Numbered from the stretch's first letter, positions 9,860 to 18,759 are shown. The stretch is 64,000 nucleotides of DNA from a virus (IMGVR_UViG_3300005670_000019), one strand, 5' to 3'. Notes: a model not told the origin generated them from the sequence alone. Program-made: numbers and translations.

Positions 9860-10858
9860 ATGAAGATTACAAAGAAACAATTTGACCGCCTCGTTGAAGG
9901 TTTGGTAAAAGAACAATGGGCAGATTGGGAACTGGGTTTAGGAGAAAAACCTGATGAACAAGATGAAAAGTTCCCGTTTCCTAATGATCCTGATCTGCAT
10001 GACAATGACCTAGAAGACGAGGATCTCAACGAACAGTTCGAGTGGACTGATGAAGAACTTGCTTCAATGGGCGATGAAGAAAGTGACAAAGAAGAAGCAG
10101 ACCAATGGTTTTCTGACTTTACGGGAGAACTAACTGGAACTGAAGATGAAGATGATGATGACTATCCTTGGGATGATGAGTTTGTTGGCAAGGCAGACCG
10201 TTCAGAACGAGGAATGCAGGAAGCGAAAAAGAACAGATGTTGGGATGGTTACAAGCCTGTGAAGGACAAGAAGCCTTACTCGAAGGGCTCCTGTGAAAAA
10301 GTTGATGAAGCTGTTGGTGTAGAACAGGATGAGGAATTAGAACAGGCTAGAAGAAAATTTATTGGGAAAAAAATTACTGTAAAAGATGGTGATGTTGCAA
10401 GAATAGTTCAAGTAACAAGAGAAGAAAGAAGTGGTCGTTTGATGGCTTGGTACGAATATGAACGTGTCCAAGTTCACACTGGATGGGTATGGGTAGATAA
10501 ACTTGAGGAAAAACTTCAAGAAGCAAAAAAGAAAAAGAACAAATCTCCATCTGAAAAGGTTCGCAAACCAACAGCCCCTCCTTCACGTCAGCACAAAGAT
10601 CCAACCAAGTATGATCGTAAGAGAGACAAGAAGAACGTCGATTTGAATGAGATGCGTCCAATGAGCCGAAGAGGTTCGATGATGCAAGGAAAAGGAGAGA
10701 ATGTGTCTTCCTTTTTCGTCAACAAGATGATGGCAGAAATTAAGCGTCTTCTAAAAGGAAAGATGGATTGGGTAGACTTAGATTCAATTCAAAGACTTGA
10801 AAAAGCTCTAACTGATGTTGCACGCCAAGCTTATAGTGAACTTGATGAAGTTGATTGA
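9860..10858 (+). CDS. acidic putative internal head protein
   Basis: SD AGAGG + ATG 9860, MKITKKQFDRLVEGLVKE tag, multiple L-x-E sites. Confidence 0.65.
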   Translation: MKITKKQFDRLVEGLVKEQWADWELGLGEKPDEQDEKFPFPNDPDLHDNDLEDEDLNEQFEWTDEELASMGDEESDKEEADQWFSDFTGELTGTEDEDDDDYPWDDEFVGKADRSERGMQEAKKNRCWDGYKPVKDKKPYSKGSCEKVDEAVGVEQDEELEQARRKFIGKKITVKDGDVARIVQVTREERSGRLMAWYEYERVQVHTGWVWVDKLEEKLQEAKKKKNKSPSEKVRKPTAPPSRQHKDPTKYDRKRDKKNVDLNEMRPMSRRGSMMQGKGENVSSFFVNKMMAEIKRLLKGKMDWVDLDSIQRLEKALTDVARQAYSELDEVD

Positions 10859-10866
10859 GGTTTGCA

Positions 10867-11487
10867 ATGAAGGAGCAAAAGTTCAATACAGGCAAGGAAC
10901 GAAATCCGTACATTTCAAAACATCCAGATCATGAAGAATGGGAAATTGTCTTGGAGAAAAGAAATGGAACGTGGGTTTGGAATGGAGATGGATGGTCACA
11001 ACCATTTTTGTTTAGACGAACAAAAGAACCAAAAATATTCACATCTCCTGAAGAAGCAAAGCAAGAACTCAAAACCGTGGTCTTACCTTACATTCTCAAA
11101 TGGCAACCGGGAGTATGGGAAGATTATGTTGTTGGTCACGAACTTCCTGATGGATATCAACTAAAAACAGAAAGCAGAAAAATGAAGATTTCAAAGAGAC
11201 AGCTTGATAAACTTGTTGAGAATGTTGTAAAGAAACAACTTCAAGAAAGAGCTTCAAAAGACGAAAATATGAAGACTATCCAAATCATGAAGGAACTTCT
11301 TCTACGACTTCGTACATACGCTGATAAACTTACAGCTCCCGGCGAAACCACAATGAATGACAACACAGTCAAAGACATTCACAAATACCTTGAAGAGATT
11401 GAAGGATGGCTTGAAGGATATGAAGCATTTATTGATCTTGACGTCTTCTGGAATAGACTTGATAGTCCATATCGACCAGAGAAATGA
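10867..11487 (+). CDS. putative internal head protein (internal MKISKRQLDKLVENVV tag)
   Basis: Shared tag motif. Confidence 0.6.
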   Translation: MKEQKFNTGKERNPYISKHPDHEEWEIVLEKRNGTWVWNGDGWSQPFLFRRTKEPKIFTSPEEAKQELKTVVLPYILKWQPGVWEDYVVGHELPDGYQLKTESRKMKISKRQLDKLVENVVKKQLQERASKDENMKTIQIMKELLLRLRTYADKLTAPGETTMNDNTVKDIHKYLEEIEGWLEGYEAFIDLDVFWNRLDSPYRPEK

Positions 11488-11519
11488 AAAAGAAAAAGGC
11501 TCCTCACGGAGCCTTTCTT
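11488..11519. terminator. bidirectional intrinsic terminator
   Basis: AAAGGCTCC-TCAC-GGAGCCTTT hairpin with A/T tracts between convergent genes. Confidence 0.8.
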
Positions 11520-11790
11520 ATGTGAATCTTCTTAGTCGACCAGGAACTACATCTCTTGTTTTATTTGTGATTGCCCGAGCATCTGGTGTGTTATGATGAG
11601 CGCCTTTACTTGGTATATCGTTTCCATCCTCAACTCTTGACTTTATCTCTTTATCAATTCTTTGGATTAGCCAGTATCGATATTGAACTGGCATATGATA
11701 GAACTCTTTCCAAGTAAATCCTCCGTAGTACATCAGAAGGAAGAAATGTTCAAGCCATTCACTTTCTCTATGTTCACTCGTCAGGCCAAA
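11518..11790 (-). CDS. tail assembly chaperone second ORF (likely frameshift extension; gp51-like)
   Basis: Frame open from T7 run at 11788-11794: FGLTSEHRESEWLEHFFLLMYYGGFTWKEFYHMP. Confidence 0.6.
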   Translation of the reverse strand, partial: FGLTSEHRESEWLEHFFLLMYYGGFTWKEFYHMPVQYRYWLIQRIDKEIKSRVEDGNDIPSKGAHHNTPDARAITNKTRDVVPGRLRRFT

Positions 11791-12646
11791 AAAAGCCTAC
11801 TCCCATTGGAAGGGGAGCCTCCTTTTCAACATGTCCACAACCGGAACATTCAAAGAAGAATTGCATCTTGATATCTGGTTGATGCTTATTGATGTAGTTT
11901 CTCAAAGCCTTACTGTCTTGAATTGGAAGAGCTTGAACAAACTTTGAAAGAGCGCCCCTATCAGAAATACCATCAACTGATACGATTTGACGAAGAAGTC
12001 TTGATGTTGAAAGGTTTGTGTTTTGAAGACCTTTCTTTTTCTTGATCTCCATCTCTTCCAACATTTCTCTTTCATCGTGTCCTGTCAAAAGACGGAAAGA
12101 TACGACTTTCTTTGTTTGAGGAAGTGTAAAGGTAAAAAGATTTGTGTTTGGTTGAGCAGGTTCAATTTCAAGAGGTACAATGTCAAGCTCATTCAAATTG
12201 ATTTGAACAGGCTCCTGTTTTCCACAAGATGGACATTTCATTTCTGCTTTATACATTGCTCCATATCCGACGATACGGACACCGACCATTACAGCATTTC
12301 GGTCGCCGACGACCATGTCCATTGGATCAAATCCACGAAGCTGACATACAGATTTGATAAGTTCTGAGATGACAATGCCCTTCTTAGCGAAGTAATCATT
12401 CATCATGATATCTTCTTCTTTGGCTGTCATTGCTCTAATTGGAAGTGTTTCTCTATTTGCCAACATGCTTCCAAGAGGATATACCTTTCCATTACTTGGC
12501 AAAGGAACTTCTGCAACAGGGATTTCAATTCCAAACTCGTGCTTTACAGCCTCAGACATTGAAACTTCTTGAAGTCCAGCACCCTCCGCTGCTCGACGAG
12601 CAGCTTCAACCGACTCGAAAATACTATTTTTTTGTTCTCTATCCAC
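11774..12646 (-). CDS. tail/baseplate hub assembly chaperone (T4 gp26-like)
   Basis: LPSNG..YP, IRAMTAKEE, CxxC x2, C-terminal FFWP. Confidence 0.75.
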   Translation of the reverse strand: MDREQKNSIFESVEAARRAAEGAGLQEVSMSEAVKHEFGIEIPVAEVPLPSNGKVYPLGSMLANRETLPIRAMTAKEEDIMMNDYFAKKGIVISELIKSVCQLRGFDPMDMVVGDRNAVMVGVRIVGYGAMYKAEMKCPSCGKQEPVQINLNELDIVPLEIEPAQPNTNLFTFTLPQTKKVVSFRLLTGHDEREMLEEMEIKKKKGLQNTNLSTSRLLRQIVSVDGISDRGALSKFVQALPIQDSKALRNYINKHQPDIKMQFFFECSGCGHVEKEAPLPMGVGFFWPDE

Positions 12647-12672
12647 AGTTTTCCTTTATTCCTTTCAAAGCA

Positions 12673-12897
12673 TCATCCAAAAAAGACAACATCTGTAACT
12701 ATTCCACTATCCAATTTTACGTTTAGTCTACCTTCTTGATAGTCCATGGTGTAAATGTAGTCGTTTCCATCTTCACTCACAACACGAAGAAAGTATCCAT
12801 TGTCTTCTGCAATTGTTTGAGCATCTTCAAAAGATTGCCAAACTAGTTTGTGTTGCATTTCCTTTAGAGCTATCTCTTGTTTTACGTTCATGTTCAT
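12673..12897 (-). CDS. I78/potato inhibitor I-like serine protease inhibitor
   Basis: LRVV..DG...YTMDY...RLNV......V..V.FG consensus. Confidence 0.7.
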   Translation of the reverse strand: MNMNVKQEIALKEMQHKLVWQSFEDAQTIAEDNGYFLRVVSEDGNDYIYTMDYQEGRLNVKLDSGIVTDVVFFG

Positions 12898-13097
12898 CCT
12901 ACGGTTATTTGAAACACTATACCATTTTGAATGGAGAGGTTTAGACGATTTGTGTGATAATCTCTTGTACAGACAAAGTTCTTTCCATCTTCATGAACAA
13001 TTCTTGTTTGATACCCAGCATTCCTTGCAGCATCTCTGACAATTTGTTCTGGTTTTCCAAGCCAATCCAAAATTTTGAAGTTTTCATCTGTTCGCAT
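12894..13097 (-). CDS. I78/potato inhibitor I-like serine protease inhibitor
   Basis: WLGK...RIVHEDG...CTRDYHTNRLNLSIQNGIV..I.VG. Confidence 0.7.
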   Translation of the reverse strand: MRTDENFKILDWLGKPEQIVRDAARNAGYQTRIVHEDGKNFVCTRDYHTNRLNLSIQNGIVFQITVG

Positions 13098-13108
13098 TAT
13101 TCACTCTT

Positions 13109-13327
13109 TCAATAGACCAGGGCTTCAACTATTTTTCCACCCAATACCTCAAGATTAACACGATCGTTCATTTTATTCAATTGTTCGAACGACTTGTCTT
13201 TTCGATCAAAAACAACAATCCTCCAAGAAAGACCTTCGCTCTCAATTAAACGAACTCCTTCTTCAAGTTGTCTTCCAATCAAACCAGTAAGTCTGGTGTT
13301 TAGGGGATATACGATTTTGCCTTCCAT
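13109..13327 (-). CDS. divergent I78/potato inhibitor I-like protein
   Basis: LIGR...WRIV..D......MNDRVNLEV.GGKIVEA. Confidence 0.5.
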   Translation of the reverse strand: MEGKIVYPLNTRLTGLIGRQLEEGVRLIESEGLSWRIVVFDRKDKSFEQLNKMNDRVNLEVLGGKIVEALVY

Positions 13328-13413
13328 AGGATTTTCTTAGTTATTAGTCAACTTCAATTATACTTAGATTGTATAGGAAAGTCCAATTTGATAGGACGTT
13401 TTGGAGGAATATT

Positions 13414-13806
13414 ATGGCAAAAATTCGTACAAGAATTACAGACAAAGGTCTAATCTCAGAAAAAGTAGCTGATGATGCAGAAAATAGCTTTGAAGTCGCA
13501 GTTCAAGAGACTGTAAATGTTTCAGCGGTTACGACAGTTACTACGGCATCTGTTGGTGTTGGTGGCGTTACGCTCGTAGGCGCAGCAGCTATGATTGTTC
13601 TCCCAGCAATTGATGCATCCAACCTAAACCGCACCTTCACACTTGTCAACACTGGTTCAGCAGCATGCACAATCTCTGCTTCAAACCCAGTTGTTACACC
13701 TTCCGGCACATGGACAACATCCGTTGCAGGAAACTCTTCAATCTCAACAGTGATCGCATTGCCAGCAGCAAGCGGTTACTTCTGGGCACTTCGCACACAA
13801 GCTTGA
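13414..13806 (+). CDS. putative virion decoration/structural beta protein
   Basis: SD GGAGG + ATG 13414, upstream TACTTA motif, Thr/Ala/Val-rich, own terminator. Confidence 0.55.
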   Translation: MAKIRTRITDKGLISEKVADDAENSFEVAVQETVNVSAVTTVTTASVGVGGVTLVGAAAMIVLPAIDASNLNRTFTLVNTGSAACTISASNPVVTPSGTWTTSVAGNSSISTVIALPAASGYFWALRTQA

Positions 13807-13828
13807 ACTAATACGTTCCTATCAAAGG

Positions 13829-13854
13829 AAAGCCCTCAGTCGAGGGCTTTTTTT
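13829..13854 (+). terminator. intrinsic terminator
   Basis: AAAGCCCTC-AGTC-GAGGGCTTT followed by T tract. Confidence 0.85.
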
Positions 13855-14312
13855 GTTTTTCTTTTTCGCCAATTCGTTTCGAGTTTCCACTCATCTTGAA
13901 TTCGCTTCTCTTCGGAATAGTTTGGATTTACAATCAATACCATGCTTTCTGGTCGCATCCCAGCTAGAAATCCTCCCTCTGTTCCATGAAAAAAATAATG
14001 GAATACAAATTTGTTCCAAGGTTCTTTTTTGTATTTTTCTGCAACATCCAAATTAGTAACAAGATAGTATCTTGTTGACCAATCTTTAGTTTTATTTTCC
14101 ATCAAACCAACATTGTACATATCCCAAACAGATTTGCTGCCTTGTGCTTCTGGATTTGCCCAAAAGAAACGACCTGCTCCATGCAACCTTGACTTGGTTC
14201 TTACCACAATATCTCCGGGTTTCAAATCAGAAGCTCTTATAGCTTTCCATCTTCTGGCAGGAGGCATTCTTTGTGGTTTTGGTCTTTTCACTTCATTGGA
14301 TGAATGTAACAT
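13836..14312 (-). CDS. hypothetical protein
   Basis: ORF in minus-strand operon. Confidence 0.6.
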   Translation of the reverse strand: MLHSSNEVKRPKPQRMPPARRWKAIRASDLKPGDIVVRTKSRLHGAGRFFWANPEAQGSKSVWDMYNVGLMENKTKDWSTRYYLVTNLDVAEKYKKEPWNKFVFHYFFHGTEGGFLAGMRPESMVLIVNPNYSEEKRIQDEWKLETNWRKRKTKKALD

Positions 14313-14956
14313 AAAACAAACTCAAATCTTCCAATATTGTAATAGTTTCTGCCTTGAGCCATTATGCTAGAGAGGGTTTCTTGAACTTTCTTTTCAACGA
14401 TAAAATGAAAATTCTTTTGAATGCTTTGAGTGTCCACAACACACAGAGTTTTTTGAAAGTTTAGAATTCCGGAAAGAAACAATCTGTTATCAAGTGGTTC
14501 ATAAATTTGAAATTCGTTGAACAGATGGATGCTTCTCAAATCCTTTTCAAGGGATTTGAACATGACAAAAGTCTCACAATCTTTAATTCTTTCTTCACTT
14601 ACGTCAATAAAACGACATACAAGTGGATTAGCTACATTTTGAATAGCTTTGTTTGAGACGGGTCTTGGTGATTGATAAAATGATCTTTGTCTACCAAAAG
14701 TTGTTTGAGGCTGTGTTTTTGGACCATTTGGAACTGTGTGAGGAACTGAATATGGAGTAATTTGAATACCGTTACTCCATCCACGAACTGTTGTAGTGGT
14801 TTCATATGTGTAGTCCACACTGTTTGTGCCGATACTTGCTCCAAAAGGCGCTTCAACCCTTTGGTATTCCAAATCATCATCTTCAAGATTTAGCAAAATA
14901 ACTGCTTCACCTTCTCTAAAATTCTCTGGAGTTACAATCTCTAATCGATGCCTCAT
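14288..14956 (-). CDS. hypothetical protein
   Basis: 222 aa ORF. Confidence 0.65.
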   Translation of the reverse strand: MRHRLEIVTPENFREGEAVILLNLEDDDLEYQRVEAPFGASIGTNSVDYTYETTTTVRGWSNGIQITPYSVPHTVPNGPKTQPQTTFGRQRSFYQSPRPVSNKAIQNVANPLVCRFIDVSEERIKDCETFVMFKSLEKDLRSIHLFNEFQIYEPLDNRLFLSGILNFQKTLCVVDTQSIQKNFHFIVEKKVQETLSSIMAQGRNYYNIGRFEFVLCYIHPMK

Positions 14957-14959
14957 TGT

Positions 14960-15343
14960 TCACACCACCTCTTCCGCAAGATAGTAAACTGTATCAAGCG
15001 AACTTTCACCCATCATCATCGCTAATTTACATGATGCGGTTCCATCTTCATGAAACTCAAAATAGTCCTCACGTGGGTATAAAGCATTTCGCCAATAATC
15101 AAAATTCATGATCAGATAATATTGTCGAACTGTAGCAACATCACAAAGTTTCAATAAAGCTACATTGTATTCTGATCTTACAGGATAGTAATCAAGAAGG
15201 ATAAAATGAGTTTTTTCTTTTTTTGAAAGAAATGACGAGAAGTAGATTTCTCCACCAATCAGTTTTTCAATCCTTGTGTTTTTTGTCATCGGAAAAATGA
15301 ACTGTTTTTGATTTGATAACTTTCCAGTTTCCATCATAGTCAT
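14960..15343 (-). CDS. hypothetical protein
   Basis: ORF tiling the operon. Confidence 0.55.
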   Translation of the reverse strand: MTMMETGKLSNQKQFIFPMTKNTRIEKLIGGEIYFSSFLSKKEKTHFILLDYYPVRSEYNVALLKLCDVATVRQYYLIMNFDYWRNALYPREDYFEFHEDGTASCKLAMMMGESSLDTVYYLAEEVV

Positions 15344-15809
15344 ATTTTACTCTTGTCTTCAAAATCTTATCCCAAAATGGGTAAGACACGCACCAGTTTG
15401 CATCTTGATTTGATCCCATGTGATGATCAAAGTGATGAGGGAAATACTTCTTGCCAATCTCTGGATGAATATGAGAAATCGCGTGAGAGGAGTAGTAAAT
15501 GATCGCACCCAAGAAGAGGGCACCATACAGAACAGGAAAATAGAAAATGATTGGGAGGTGAAGAAGGGCAAGAAGAAGTAGACCGACAATCTCTTTTCCA
15601 GTGGTCTTCCATTTTAGAGGTTCAACATAATCAGAATCAAAGAAACCATATTTGCGGCAACGCGAATGATGTCTATGCCAATGAAATGAAAAGAAGGAAC
15701 CTTTTTTCTTACCCAATCCATGAAGAATATGTTTGTGTATTAGCCACTCAAGTAAGTTCACATAAAGAAGTCCAAGAACTAACTGAAAAAGAAAAGCCAA
15801 TACAAACAT
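15267..15809 (-). CDS. fatty acid hydroxylase / sterol desaturase family membrane protein
   Basis: His boxes EWLIHKHILH, HWHRHH, HAISH, HHFDHH with TM helices. Confidence 0.85.
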   Translation of the reverse strand: MFVLAFLFQLVLGLLYVNLLEWLIHKHILHGLGKKKGSFFSFHWHRHHSRCRKYGFFDSDYVEPLKWKTTGKEIVGLLLLALLHLPIIFYFPVLYGALFLGAIIYYSSHAISHIHPEIGKKYFPHHFDHHMGSNQDANWCVSYPFWDKILKTRVKYDYDGNWKVIKSKTVHFSDDKKHKD

Positions 15810-15833
15810 TTGATTACATCTCCATATCTCTAA

Positions 15834-16184
15834 CTATCTTTCCACAATTGAGAGTGCGACCCTGCTAATAAAAATAGCATCACCTTGTTCAAAAACAATT
15901 CTCAAAACACACAAATCTTTGTTGGCATCTGTGAATGCTAAATTGACAACATTCATTCTATGGTCTTGGTTTTCATTGTCACCGAAGTCGAAAATAACAA
16001 ACGTTGTTTCTCTAAACTGTTCAAAGTCATGAATGGTAAGTTGGACTGCTTTGCCACCTCGAATCTTTTCGACATACCCAGTTGAAAAGACCCATTTTCG
16101 CAAATAACTACCAATGGTAACCAAGTCACCGCGTTTTAGGTTTTGCTCTGCGAAAAGAGCTTCAGTCTTCTCCCACGGTTTCAT
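15834..16184 (-). CDS. hypothetical protein
   Basis: ORF tiling the operon. Confidence 0.55.
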   Translation of the reverse strand: MKPWEKTEALFAEQNLKRGDLVTIGSYLRKWVFSTGYVEKIRGGKAVQLTIHDFEQFRETTFVIFDFGDNENQDHRMNVVNLAFTDANKDLCVLRIVFEQGDAIFISRVALSIVER

Positions 16185-16497
16185 TCTTGGATTTCTTTCC
16201 GCGCTTTACCTTCTTATCCTCAACTTGTTCTTCAACTTTCTCTTCGGTTTCATCTTCCAATGTTTCAACCTCATTCTTTGAATGAGCATCGGCTGTAGGA
16301 ATTAATACAGCAATTTCTCTTTTCACAAGAAGTATAGATTGAACAAATTCTTCCTCTTCATCTGTAAAGGAGAAGTCCTTTTTCAATTCCTCAAGTGTTC
16401 CCTCTTCAAAAGTGTGCAAAACATAAGATTTGAAATCAATTTTTCTTCTTCGAAGAGTTTCTGCATAGTTTGGTTTTGATACATCACTTGATTTCAT
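16162..16497 (-). CDS. hypothetical protein
   Basis: ORF tiling the operon. Confidence 0.6.
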   Translation of the reverse strand: MKSSDVSKPNYAETLRRRKIDFKSYVLHTFEEGTLEELKKDFSFTDEEEEFVQSILLVKREIAVLIPTADAHSKNEVETLEDETEEKVEEQVEDKKVKRGKKSKNETVGED

Positions 16498-16781
16498 TTT
16501 ACTTCTCCAAAGTTTTCATGATAGACTTCATGAAGAACATCACCGAAAGCATGATGAATTTCCTGCTCTGAAAGAAGCTCAACAATTTGGTCTGTTGATA
16601 AACTTGTTCCAAGAGAGTTTCCAATTCCAGAAATCACTTTCTTCATTGAAGACATCAAAACATTCCTTGCTGTTGCATGGTTCATTTGGTAACCAGCATC
16701 AGTCATGAGTTTAGCAATCTGACGGAAGTCATTACCTTCGGTCAATGTCACGTATTTTTTACTTTTAGTTTCTACGGTCAT
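16494..16781 (-). CDS. putative HTH DNA-binding protein
   Basis: DFRQIAKLMTDAGYQMNHATARN resembles an HTH; in sigma factor operon. Confidence 0.5.
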   Translation of the reverse strand: MTVETKSKKYVTLTEGNDFRQIAKLMTDAGYQMNHATARNVLMSSMKKVISGIGNSLGTSLSTDQIVELLSEQEIHHAFGDVLHEVYHENFGEVK

Positions 16782-16788
16782 ATCATTC

Positions 16789-17412
16789 TCACAATTTGAA
16801 CTTTTTTGTCAACCAGTTTCCAATTCGAACTTTCAAATCTTTGGTAACGTCTTTGGCTGCGCTCTTTATGGTATCTTTCAACAAATCACCAGCAGCTTTC
16901 AAGTCTTGTGCAACATTTGATTTTGGTTCTGGTGTTTGTTCTGGTTCTTTGAACCCCGAGAAGTCCAACGATTCAAGTTCTTGATCAAGGTTTTCTTTTA
17001 TGTCCGATTGACCTTTTCCAGAAAGAACATCTTTCAAGGGCATTTGAGTTGTTGGTAACATCTTTGGATTTGCCCTCAATAGGTCACCAAGTAAAAGACT
17101 TGCAGGAGTAGGAATGAACAAAGCGTTTGTTACTCCGCCATCAGTAACGTAAAATGAATTCTCAGAACCAATGTCTCCAAGTTCTTCAAGAACCTTTTCT
17201 TTGAAAAGAGCCGGAAATTCTCCGGGTTGAAGCTTCATCTTGTCCTTGTGTTCATAAGCAACACGCCAAGTTTCTGACTTCTCTTTCTTTTCTTCTTGTG
17301 CATTTAGATGATGCTCAGTTATTTCAAGAAGGTCTTCATCATCAAGTTCTTTCTTGGCAAGAATAGAGAAAAAAAGTTTGTCACTGTATTTCTTTAGACT
17401 ATCTGAATTCAT
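16789..17412 (-). CDS. hypothetical protein
   Basis: ATGA-coupled to sigma gene. Confidence 0.65.
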   Translation of the reverse strand: MNSDSLKKYSDKLFFSILAKKELDDEDLLEITEHHLNAQEEKKEKSETWRVAYEHKDKMKLQPGEFPALFKEKVLEELGDIGSENSFYVTDGGVTNALFIPTPASLLLGDLLRANPKMLPTTQMPLKDVLSGKGQSDIKENLDQELESLDFSGFKEPEQTPEPKSNVAQDLKAAGDLLKDTIKSAAKDVTKDLKVRIGNWLTKKFKL

Positions 17413-18137
17413 TTATTCTCCTTGTCGTTCTTTAGACTATTTGGAACGTTTTTGATAACATCAAATCTTAGAAGTAAGATTGATAACTCTCTTTTAGTTA
17501 GAGAAGAAATCGCGGACTTCATAGCTGTTCTAACAATGTCTCTGTCTGGAAGAATGTCAAGACTGTCATTGTCTAATGATATTACTTCTTTCAATGTGCA
17601 GTTTTCATCATCTGCATAGTAAGATTGATCAAGAGAAAGTATGTTTTTTGTTTTGGATGCTGCCAAAACATTCCGTCTCATACTTTCACTAATCTCTTCG
17701 CCTTCTTGAAGTTTTTCAATTGCTTCATCCAGAGATGAATTCTCATTCTTCATCTCTTTAGCAATTTTACTTTGAGCTGCTCTGACATGAGAGGGAATTT
17801 TGATGACCTGAGAGGGATCATGGTTCATGATGTAGTTGTTGACTGCTTGTCTAATCCACCATGTCGCATATGTGGAGAACTTGAATCCACGAGAAGGATC
17901 AAATCCCCTAATTGCATCCATCAATCCAAATACACCCTCTTGAATAAGATCATCTTTGTGTTTCTCAAATGTCTTTTTCGAATAGTATTTGTTGATAATG
18001 AATGTAATCAATGGTTGATTGCGTTTTATGATTTCATTTCTAACTTTCAAACTTTCATTCTTCTTGAATTCAAGAAAGAGGTCTGCGTCTGCCATGTCAG
18101 AAAATTCATTTTTCGGGGATACTTTTTCAATAATCAT
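17409..18137 (-). CDS. phage-encoded sigma70-family factor
   Basis: Region 2 signature DLIQEG..GL..AI..FDP.RGFKFSTYATWWIRQA; SLD region 3; truncated region 4. Confidence 0.92.
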   Translation of the reverse strand: MIIEKVSPKNEFSDMADADLFLEFKKNESLKVRNEIIKRNQPLITFIINKYYSKKTFEKHKDDLIQEGVFGLMDAIRGFDPSRGFKFSTYATWWIRQAVNNYIMNHDPSQVIKIPSHVRAAQSKIAKEMKNENSSLDEAIEKLQEGEEISESMRRNVLAASKTKNILSLDQSYYADDENCTLKEVISLDNDSLDILPDRDIVRTAMKSAISSLTKRELSILLLRFDVIKNVPNSLKNDKENK

Positions 18138-18210
18138 TCACTGTCTCCATGTCTCATGTTAGCCATTTTGACCAACAATTTCAACAACAATAATTTTAGA
18201 TTATTGAATG

Positions 18211-18495
18211 TCAAGAAAAAATGTTTTGAAATTTTGCATCAAACTCTTCTTTGTCCATTTGGAGGGCTTCATGCGGTTCTCCATTTTTCGAAAGATACCA
18301 AGCGGCATACTGGTCGACAAAACTCTTTTCTGCCTCTGAGAGTTCTCTATTTTCGAAGTCAGCCAACACACCGAGGAAGAGCCCTTCTTCCGTTCGAATC
18401 GCAATCGTATTCTTTTTTATATGAACATATTTGATTGGTGTTAGCCCAACACAACGAAGCAAATACAAATTGTTCTTGTAAGTAACAATCTTCAT
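18211..18495 (-). CDS. hypothetical protein
   Basis: SD GGAGG upstream of MKIVTYK start. Confidence 0.55.
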   Translation of the reverse strand: MKIVTYKNNLYLLRCVGLTPIKYVHIKKNTIAIRTEEGLFLGVLADFENRELSEAEKSFVDQYAAWYLSKNGEPHEALQMDKEEFDAKFQNIFS

Positions 18496-18576
18496 AACCC
18501 ACCTCCAAAAAGAATAAAACCTTTGGAGGCAAGCCCCAAAGGTCAAATACTTGAACTGTTTCCGTCGTCCATGACT

Positions 18577-18759
18577 CTAAATATCTTTCTTTCTCAATCT
18601 ATTTGCTTGCTCTTCACAAATAGCTGTAAACATCTCAGCACTTTCTTTGAAATTCTTCGAAAGAAACAAAGGAACCAAAGCATTTCTCAAATCTGGATCA
18701 AGGCGATCCATCGCCGCAATCAAAAGAGTGTTTATGTCTTCTTCGTTTTTTATATCCAT
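18577..18759 (-). CDS. hypothetical protein
   Basis: SD GAGG; tiles operon. Confidence 0.55.
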   Translation of the reverse strand: MDIKNEEDINTLLIAAMDRLDPDLRNALVPLFLSKNFKESAEMFTAICEEQANRLRKKDI

